From contig JANMKN010000037.1 of NCBI GenBank assembly GCA_031372065.1, forward strand, positions 1 through 10,424: 10,424 nucleotides of DNA, read 5' to 3'. Positions 1 through 6,128 of the stretch are shown piece by piece (positions within the stretch are counted from its first letter, which is position 1; each line of letters begins with the position of its first letter). Made by a program: the position numbers and the translations under genes. The notes below the pieces were generated by a model that was given only the letters and a program-made list of their open reading frames with translations, was not told the DNA's origin and did not search any database. This DNA comes from Abditibacteriaceae bacterium. GTDB taxonomy: Bacteria; Armatimonadota; Abditibacteriia; Abditibacteriales; Abditibacteriaceae.

Positions 1-339
1 GCGCTCAAGCAGTTGATGAACCTCGAACTGGCCGAGTTCCAGCAGCTCGCCGCCTTTTTGAAGCGACTCCAAACGTCCAAAGAAGGCGACGCGACGCTGC
101 TCGACCGCACGCAGGTTCTTTACGGCAGCAACCTCGGCAACGCCAACAACCACGACAATCACAACCTGCCCATGCTGCTGGCCGGCGGCGGCTACAAACA
201 CGGCCAGCACCTCGCTTTCGACCGCGAAAACAACTACCCGCTGCCCAACCTTTTCGTTTCGATGCTGCAACGACTGGGCGTCGAAACCGACAAATTCGCC
301 AGTTCCAAAGGCACGATGCGCGGGCTGGAAATGGCGTAG
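1..339 (+). CDS. DUF1552-family protein, C-terminal part (5' end outside the window)
   Basis: Frame is open from base 1 ([13 protein letters not shown]...) to TAG at 337-339. The segment [41 protein letters not shown]...[25 protein letters not shown] matches my recollection of the conserved DUF1552 C-terminus, whose genes usually follow a DUF1592 gene. Codon usage is GC3-rich. Confidence 0.9.
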   Translation, partial: ALKQLMNLELAEFQQLAAFLKRLQTSKEGDATLLDRTQVLYGSNLGNANNHDNHNLPMLLAGGGYKHGQHLAFDRENNYPLPNLFVSMLQRLGVETDKFASSKGTMRGLEMA

Positions 340-345
340 TCGCCC

Positions 346-507
346 ATGTCGGTTTACACGATAAAGCCATTCCTGACCTTCACCTTTATTCTGTCCTCTG
401 CCTTGCTGCATCCGCTCTTCGCGACAGTGGCCGAGGCGAAAAACGGCGTGGTGATTGAACTGGCGGCGGGCACTTTCAAGCGATATAAGGGGCTGCAGGC
501 GCGGTAG
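346..507 (+). pseudogene. 53-aa ORF, probable truncated remnant of a secreted beta-helix-type protein
   Basis: ATG at 346, 6 nt after the DUF1552 stop, and TAG at 505-507. Translation: MSVYTIKPFLTFTFILSSALLHPLFATVAEAKNGVVIELAAGTFKRYKGLQAR. It has a signal-peptide-like N-terminus, then AKNGVVIELAAGTF, which resembles the A-x-P-G-D-x-I-x-L-x-x-G-T-Y N-cap of right-handed beta-helix proteins. Not in the supplied ORF track. Confidence 0.45.
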
Positions 508-582
508 GTGTAATCCAAACAAAATAAAAAATTGTCTGCCACACGCTTTGGCGTGACAGGGATAGCGTTGCTTGCCTTGGGG

Positions 583-785
583 CAGGGCAATCGCATGAGA
601 AATTATTGAAGTCTGGATGTTGGTGCTGGAAGCGCAAAACTACGACTATCGAAGAGAAACCTGCATTGAGAGATTCATCGGAGTGCTTGCAAGCAAATCC
701 ATACAAGTTGTGTGGTTGGTTTTTTCCTGTTTTGGTCATTTACACGCTCCCTTTGGCCCGAAAAATTTCTCATGCGATTGCCCTG
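583..785. mobile_element. 203-bp non-autonomous MITE with ISAs1-like ends
   Basis: Perfect 22-bp terminal inverted repeats: CAGGGCAATCGCATGAGAAATT (583-604) and AATTTCTCATGCGATTGCCCTG (764-785). Perfect 9-bp flanking direct repeat GCCTTGGGG (574-582 and 786-794). No transposase inside. CAGGG termini and 8-10 bp target duplications are characteristic of the ISAs1 family. Confidence 0.9.
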
Positions 786-946
786 GCCTTGGGGAGTTGT
801 GCGATTCTTTTTGCTGTGGCTTGTGCTACACCAGCATCATTTCTGAAACACAACCGCCTATTCCCGTATTACGCAAAAGGTTCTTTGGTGGAAGCTGGAT
901 GGAAGTTCTCCGGCACAATCACTTGTAGCAATCTGGGTTAAATTGA

Positions 947-983
947 CAAAAAGTCCGCCGAATTACTCTCGGCGGACTTTTTG
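947..983. terminator. Bidirectional rho-independent terminator
   Basis: CAAAAAGTCCGCCGA (947-961), 7-nt loop, TCGGCGGACTTTTTG (969-983). GC-rich stem with an A5 tract on the left and a T5 tract on the right. Lies between convergent units, 28 nt past the oxidoreductase stop. Confidence 0.88.
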
Positions 984-1011
984 CGTAGGCTTATAATGCA
1001 ACCGATATTCG

Positions 1012-2232
1012 TCAGATGTTCCACGGCTCGCGGCGGGCGCGGTCACGAAGGCGATTGGCCTGCTCGTCGCCGGGAAATTCTTCTTTCACCGGATCCCATT
1101 TCAATGGACGGTTAAGTTGGTAGCAAATATTTCCCAGATGAGAGATAGACGCGGTGCGATGGGCGCGTTCAATGTCGCGGAACGGCTTTTCGCGCGTTTT
1201 TACACAGGCGATAAAGTCGCCATAAATGCCGCCCGTGCCTTTGTATTGCGGAATCTCACGCGGCGCAACGGGAACGCCATCGCCGATAACATCCACCATT
1301 TTGCCGTGATAAAGCAGCATTCCATCCGCGAAACGATAGGTGAGATATTGGTGATCTTTGCCGTCGGGCGGGATAATTTCAACCGGGCCTTCTTCCATTT
1401 TGTTGACAGCGAACATCATGCCGCCAAAATGGTGCGCGCCCCAGTCGGTCATGCCGCCGCCAGAGTAATCGCGAAACGAGCGCCAACTGGTGCCATTGAT
1501 GTTAAACGAGCCGCTGATGCGATATGGATGGTAAGGCGCAAGAGGCGCCGGCCCCAGCCACATATCCCAATCCACGCCTTCGGGCACCGGCTCGCCGGGC
1601 AGATAGCAGGGCACCGAAGGGCCGCCGCAATTGACATAAACCTCTTTGGGCGTGCCGATTTCGCCGCTCCAACATTTGCGCACAGTCGCCATGTAATCGC
1701 CCATCACACGCTGGCTGCCGCCAGAAACAACGCGATTAAAGCGACGTGCCGTTTCGACCATGACGCGGCCTTCGTGAATGGTGAGCGATTCTGGTTTCTG
1801 GCAGTAAACATCTTTGCCGGCGCGACACGCGAAAGTTACTATCACCGCGTGCCAATGGTCGGGTGTGGCGACGTGAACGGCATCAATATCGGGTCGCGCC
1901 AAGAGTTCGCGGAAATCGTTGTAAATCGCGCAATCTTTGTTGCCATAGCGACTATCAATGCGATTTTTTGAGCCTTCGCGCACTGCCTTTTTTACATCGC
2001 ACACGGCCACATATTGCACGTCATCGCGCCCTAAAAACGAACCTTGGTCGCCGCCGCCCATGTTGCCGATGCCGATGCCGCCCATGACGATGCGCTCGCT
2101 GGGAGCTGGGCGTCCGTCTTTGCCCAAAGCGGAGGCGGGCACAAAATAGGGCAGCGCCATCGCGCCAGCGGCACCCTTCAAAAAGTGCCGCCGGTCAAGC
2201 GCGGCTGAGGTTTTTTTGGTTGAATTCTTCAT
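1012..2232 (-). CDS. Tat-exported Gfo/Idh/MocA-family NAD(P)-dependent oxidoreductase (about 406 aa)
   Basis: Twin-arginine signal DRRHFLK followed by PASALG. Rossmann motif GGIGIGNMG, plus AVCDV, DFRELL..DIDAV.VATPDHWH, GKDVYCQKP, DWDMWLGPAP and GGMTDWGAHH. Start placed at ATG 2232, which has GGAG just upstream, rather than GTG 2256. Confidence 0.93.
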   Translation of the reverse strand: MKNSTKKTSAALDRRHFLKGAAGAMALPYFVPASALGKDGRPAPSERIVMGGIGIGNMGGGDQGSFLGRDDVQYVAVCDVKKAVREGSKNRIDSRYGNKDCAIYNDFRELLARPDIDAVHVATPDHWHAVIVTFACRAGKDVYCQKPESLTIHEGRVMVETARRFNRVVSGGSQRVMGDYMATVRKCWSGEIGTPKEVYVNCGGPSVPCYLPGEPVPEGVDWDMWLGPAPLAPYHPYRISGSFNINGTSWRSFRDYSGGGMTDWGAHHFGGMMFAVNKMEEGPVEIIPPDGKDHQYLTYRFADGMLLYHGKMVDVIGDGVPVAPREIPQYKGTGGIYGDFIACVKTREKPFRDIERAHRTASISHLGNICYQLNRPLKWDPVKEEFPGDEQANRLRDRARREPWNI

Positions 2233-2262
2233 GATTTTCTCCATTAATAGCTGCACCAGCCA

Positions 2263-4299
2263 CTATTTGATGCGCCGCATCGCTTCCTGCGCCTTTTCGC
2301 GCAAGCTGTTGTCCGTTGTCGCGTCTATCACCTTTTGCAGCGCGTCTTTGGCGATGGTGGGCTGCCGGTCTACCAGCGCTTCGGCGATTTTTTCGTAGGC
2401 TTGCAAAGCTTCACGTTTCATGTTGTCGTCGTTCAAAAATGGCTCGACAATTTTCAGCGAGTCCACATGATTCACTTTGCCGATTTCGCCCAGCACCTGA
2501 CGCTTTTCTTCGGGACGCGTGGAAAGTTCCATTGCTTCGCGCAAAGATTGGACTTTCTCTTCGGTTTTCAACCGCGAATTGCTGATCATCGTGATAAAAC
2601 CGCGCAGCGCCAGAATGCGCACTGTATTGTCGCCATCATCTTTGGCGATGCCCCGTAAATCGGCTAACGGCGCGGCATCGGGCCATTGCGCTAACGCTTT
2701 CACGGCGGCTTTGTGAACCTCGCCCGGCTCGGCGAGGGCGCCGCGCGTGGCTTGCAGTGATTTATCGCCCGCGAATGCCACCATCACCGGCATGAGTTGC
2801 ACTTTGGTCGGCGCGTCGGCTTTGGCGAAGGATTGCATCACGCTGTCGTCGCGTTTGCCTTTGTCATTTAAACGGTTGCCGATGGTAATTAGGGCGCGAG
2901 CCATTGTTCCGCGTTCGCCGTCATCCTTCGTCGTCAAAATCGCGCTGGAAAGGCTTTGCAAATCTTCCTGCGTTCCCAGCGCCGAAAGCACCTTTACGGA
3001 AGACTCACGCATTTTCGCGTCGTCGTTGTTGACTTGTTTCCGCGCGACAGGCAGCGCCTCAAGTTGTTGGCGATCTGCCAGCACGCCGAGCAAAGTTGCG
3101 CGCAGCGTTGCATCGCCATTCTCTACTTGTTGAATCAAACTTTGGGCCACGCCCGTGCCGCGCAAGTCGGCCAGCGCTCGCATCGCGTTGGCGTTATTGT
3201 TGGTATCTTTCAGCGCCGCCACCAGAACCGGAACGCTGGAGCCATCGCCCATTTTACCCAGCGCGTTGATAGCGGCTTCGCGAACCGACGCGTCCTCGCC
3301 TGCGGCGAGTTTGTTGACCAAATCGGTTATTCCCGCGCCATCGCCGCGCGCTGCGAGCGCACCGAGCAAAACTACTTTGCCATCGGACGTTTGCGCGGCG
3401 AGTTGCGGCCCAAATGCTGCGGTGGCTGCTTTGCCCGGCACTGCGATGACCGCCGAAAGCGCGGCGCGGCGCATCAATTTATCGTCCGAGCCGAGAGTTT
3501 GCACAATCATCGGCACGGCCTTTTCTTTTTGCGCGAATACGATTTCACGCATGGCTCCAGCGCGCACTTGCGAGGGGTTTTTAGCATCAAGCAGCGCTTG
3601 ATACATCTTTTGCGCCCGCGCCGTTTCACCTTTGGCTGTCAGGAGTGTGGCGCAACGCAGATAGGCCTCGGCCCATGTTGTTTTCGCCGAATCCGGCACT
3701 TTGGCTTTATCGAGCGCGTCCGCCGCTTTCGCGTCGCCGACTTTTCCGATGGCTTCCAGCGCGGCATCAATGGTGGCCGCATCGCCGTTAGCGAGCAACC
3801 CCGACAATGCGGCCAGTGCAGCGCTGTCGCCGCGATCACCGATGGTGTTGATGATGCCGATTCGCACTTGGCCTTGCGTTTTTCCGAGTGCCTCGCGCAA
3901 TGCTTGAGCGGCAGATGGATCACTCATGCCGAGCAAAACATTGCGTGCCATGTGCGAGAGTTTGTCATCTGTCAGCAACTTGCTCACAGCGGGCACGCAT
4001 TTGCGTGAACCGACAAGTCGAAGCATCTGACAGGCGAACTGTTTGCCTGCCAACGTCGCTTCCGGCGTTTCGATTACGCCAATAAGCCGCGTTTCGATGG
4101 CGGGAAACTCTTCTGGTTTTGCCGCTTGGATTTGCTTGTCAATTGCCGTCATTTCATCCACGGCAGTGCCAAATTCGCGTTTAACGAGGGCCTGATACGG
4201 ATCGCTGGTGACACTTTGCGCGGGTTGCGCTTGTATCGGCAGGGCGGCCAGATTCAGGGAAAGGGCCAGAATCAAGGGGACATTTCGTTTAAATATCAT
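2263..4299 (-). CDS. Secreted HEAT/PBS-lyase-like repeat protein (678 aa)
   Basis: Sec signal peptide (MIFKRNVPLILALSLNLAALPIQA). Ala/Leu-rich helical repeats run the whole length, for example VRIGIINTIGDRGDSAALAALSGLL, AALEAIGKVGD, VREAAINALGKMGDGSSVPVLV and AAVKALAQWPDAAPL. Ends 30 nt upstream of the oxidoreductase start. Confidence 0.88.
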   Translation of the reverse strand: MIFKRNVPLILALSLNLAALPIQAQPAQSVTSDPYQALVKREFGTAVDEMTAIDKQIQAAKPEEFPAIETRLIGVIETPEATLAGKQFACQMLRLVGSRKCVPAVSKLLTDDKLSHMARNVLLGMSDPSAAQALREALGKTQGQVRIGIINTIGDRGDSAALAALSGLLANGDAATIDAALEAIGKVGDAKAADALDKAKVPDSAKTTWAEAYLRCATLLTAKGETARAQKMYQALLDAKNPSQVRAGAMREIVFAQKEKAVPMIVQTLGSDDKLMRRAALSAVIAVPGKAATAAFGPQLAAQTSDGKVVLLGALAARGDGAGITDLVNKLAAGEDASVREAAINALGKMGDGSSVPVLVAALKDTNNNANAMRALADLRGTGVAQSLIQQVENGDATLRATLLGVLADRQQLEALPVARKQVNNDDAKMRESSVKVLSALGTQEDLQSLSSAILTTKDDGERGTMARALITIGNRLNDKGKRDDSVMQSFAKADAPTKVQLMPVMVAFAGDKSLQATRGALAEPGEVHKAAVKALAQWPDAAPLADLRGIAKDDGDNTVRILALRGFITMISNSRLKTEEKVQSLREAMELSTRPEEKRQVLGEIGKVNHVDSLKIVEPFLNDDNMKREALQAYEKIAEALVDRQPTIAKDALQKVIDATTDNSLREKAQEAMRRIK

Positions 4300-4387
4300 A
4301 GGTTCTCACGTCGGCATTCGAGGGAAGCCGGTAAAATTTGCTCTAATTCCGACAAGCAAGGCGATAGTTCGTTTCATACAATGGCTT

Positions 4388-4471
4388 GCCGGACCAGACC
4401 ATTAGAAAGCCAGACCAGACCGTTGGAAAGCCAGACCAGAATCTTCAAATGCCAGCCCGAATCGTTGACAG
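4388..4471. repeat. Degenerate 21-bp tandem repeat, about 4 units, intergenic
   Basis: GCCGGACCAGACCATTAGAAA (4388-4408), GCCAGACCAGACCGTTGGAAA (4409-4429), GCCAGACCAGAATCTTCAAAT (4430-4450), GCCAGCCCGAATCGTTGACAG (4451-4471). Confidence 0.8.
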
Positions 4472-4490
4472 GTTATAACGCTGCATTCTT

Positions 4491-5672
4491 CTAAAAACTG
4501 CCGCCCATTGGCGTGGCGTAGCCAGTTAATTCGACATAGCCTTGTCCACTTTGCGATCCTGAAATATCGACGCTGCCTTCCCAATAATCGAAAGGCGCGC
4601 CGCGCCGTGGATTGAGTTCCTGATCGGCTAAAGACGGTGTGATCACAAGGTCTATTTTTTCTTTGGGCACGCGCACGCGCCACTTTGCCGGATAATTTCC
4701 ACCGCTACGAGGGCTGCGCCATGAGCCGGAAGCATCAATTTGAAAATCGCTCAGTTTCAAATGGCGCGCGGCGCCGTTTTTTTCAACAATTGTGCCCGAC
4801 GACAGCGGTTCAACGCGATTATTTTGCAAGCGCAATTGATAGAGCATCAGTTCGCGGCCATCGTTTAATTGCAGCGAAAACCAGTCCCAACCCACTTGGT
4901 TTTTGTCCATCTGGTTAGAGCCAAATTCGTGATCAAACCAGCTTTGGCCGCTCACAGAAAACGTTTCGTTGCCGATTTTTACTGTGCCGCTGCTTTGCAA
5001 GCGCGTGTAGGAATAATAATGCGAGGCGCGCCCGGCGCCCGCCGATTTTTGCGAAACGCCGTTTTGACCGTGAATTATCGGTTTTTTGAGGGCTTTTTGC
5101 GTTAATTGAAGCGAAAAACTGCTTTTTTCGGCCTCGCCTATGGCTTTTAGCGTTTGGTTTTCGCCCGCCTTGCCGTTAAAGCGCATTTCCCAATTGTCGA
5201 GCCAGATACGCGGCGATTTTGTGCCGGCTTTATCGGCGCCCGCGAGTCCAAGCGAAGCGCGATTAATGCGGTCGGTATTGAAGAATTTTTTGCCGTCAAT
5301 ATCGCTGAGAGCGAAGTGCGCGAAAACCACATCGCGCACGGCCCATTTGGAAGTGCGGCCTTGCAAATTCGGCGCAAGTGCGGTGCGGAAAAACGTTAGT
5401 TGATAGCCAAAGTGCCGCCCAGATTTGCTTTGCAAGTGGCCGGTGTAATACCACCATTCGGTTTGATAGGCGCGGTGCGAGCCGTGATCGTGCGGAAACT
5501 GAAATTTGTAACCGGGTAGGGCCGGACGAAAGGCGTTTTGTGCCCAAGCCGGGAAAACACAAAGGCCACAAAGATTCCACAAAAAACACAAAGCGAAAAA
5601 GCGTTTTGCTCTTTTTTTTGTGCTTCTCTGTGGAATCTTTGTGGCCTTTGTGTTGAAAAAAACGAGACTCAC
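4491..5672 (-). CDS. AttH-like / CrtC-type lipocalin-fold secreted protein (predicted hydrolase or hydratase, 393 aa)
   Basis: Motifs FPHDHGSH..YQTEWWYYTGHL, FGYQLTFFR, ASHYYSY, SWFDHEF, VGWDWFSLQLNDG, WRSPRSG..YP..W, YWEG and GQGYVELTGY. The GTG start overlaps the upstream TGA stop (GTGA, 5672-5669). Signal peptidase site AWA-Q. Confidence 0.9.
   Translation of the reverse strand: MSLVFFNTKATKIPQRSTKKRAKRFFALCFLWNLCGLCVFPAWAQNAFRPALPGYKFQFPHDHGSHRAYQTEWWYYTGHLQSKSGRHFGYQLTFFRTALAPNLQGRTSKWAVRDVVFAHFALSDIDGKKFFNTDRINRASLGLAGADKAGTKSPRIWLDNWEMRFNGKAGENQTLKAIGEAEKSSFSLQLTQKALKKPIIHGQNGVSQKSAGAGRASHYYSYTRLQSSGTVKIGNETFSVSGQSWFDHEFGSNQMDKNQVGWDWFSLQLNDGRELMLYQLRLQNNRVEPLSSGTIVEKNGAARHLKLSDFQIDASGSWRSPRSGGNYPAKWRVRVPKEKIDLVITPSLADQELNPRRGAPFDYWEGSVDISGSQSGQGYVELTGYATPMGGSF
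5556..5654. repeat. 99-bp palindromic REP/MITE-like element inside the AttH-like CDS
   Basis: Perfect 26-bp inverted arms AACACAAAGGCCACAAAGATTCCACA (5556-5581) and TGTGGAATCTTTGTGGCCTTTGTGTT (5629-5654), built from repeated CACAAAG-like subunits. Confidence 0.88.
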
Positions 5673-6034
5673 AAAGCCTTGCGCAGTTCTTTGACGCGGG
5701 CAAGCAGTTCGTTGGGTAGCACGGGTTTTTGCATCAGGTCATTGGCGCCTGCTTCTTCGGCGCGGTGGCGATCTGCTTGCGTGCCATAGGCGGTGAACAT
5801 GATAATCGGCACAGTTTCGCCGTTGGGTAAGGTGCGAATTTGGCTTGTGGCGTCCCAACCATTCATTTTGGGCATTTCGACATCCATGATAATTGCGTCA
5901 AACTGCTCGTCGCGCACGGCTTCGACCGCATCAACGCCGTTGTGAGCGATATGTGTGGTGTGTCCATCAAGGCGAAACGCCAGTTTGAACACTTCGCAAG
6001 TGTCAGGAAGGTCATCAACAAATAAGATGTTCAT
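5669..6034 (-). CDS. Single-domain response regulator (CheY-like receiver, 121 aa)
   Basis: ILFVDD acidic pocket, IIMDVEMPKMNG with the phosphoacceptor Asp, PIIMFTA conserved Thr, and KP conserved Lys-Pro. No output domain. Confidence 0.95.
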   Translation of the reverse strand: MNILFVDDLPDTCEVFKLAFRLDGHTTHIAHNGVDAVEAVRDEQFDAIIMDVEMPKMNGWDATSQIRTLPNGETVPIIMFTAYGTQADRHRAEEAGANDLMQKPVLPNELLARVKELRKAL

Positions 6035-6128
6035 GTGAATAATTGCAGTATTTCAGCGTTGTTTAACCCCATCAAACGGCAAACGTCGGACGCAATTTAG
6101 AGCAAAAGCTATTCCAGCTTTGCAAAAT

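Noticed and set aside
606..941. ORFs 606-941 (+), 617-928 (+), 476-739 (-) and 354-596 (-) as real genes
   Set aside because: They start in, end in or cross the MITE. The shared FSCDCP/HAIAL peptides are just translations of its inverted repeats, and no protein family is recognisable.
943..997. TTGACA (943-948) and TATAAT (992-997) as a sigma70 promoter
   Set aside because: They are 43 bp apart rather than about 17, with the terminator hairpin between them.
1117..1971. 284-aa plus-strand ORF
   Set aside because: Antisense shadow of the well-supported oxidoreductase, with no motifs.
2956..4008. 350-aa plus-strand ORF and neighbouring short ORFs
   Set aside because: Antisense shadows of the HEAT-repeat gene, as expected in GC-rich coding DNA.
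4388..4471. CRISPR array or DGR/retron-type repeat
   Set aside because: The units are contiguous and degenerate with no spacers, and there is no cas or reverse transcriptase gene in the window.
4465..4493. TTGACA at 4465-4470 as a promoter
   Set aside because: No -10 element at the proper spacing, and it would point antisense into the AttH-like gene.
4126..4494. 122-aa ORF containing a repeated TRPLESQ peptide
   Set aside because: It overlaps the HEAT gene antisense, and the peptide repeat is only the translated 21-bp DNA repeat.
5556..5654. Palindrome as an intrinsic terminator for the receiver gene
   Set aside because: The stem is long and AT-rich with a large loop, and it lies within a translationally coupled CDS. 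It fits a repeat element better, though an attenuating effect is not excluded.
4491..5672. Calling this gene crtC (carotenoid 1,2-hydratase)
   Set aside because: It shares the fold only. It is secreted, sits near an FtsX-type permease and has no carotenoid genes nearby, which fits an AttH-like protein.
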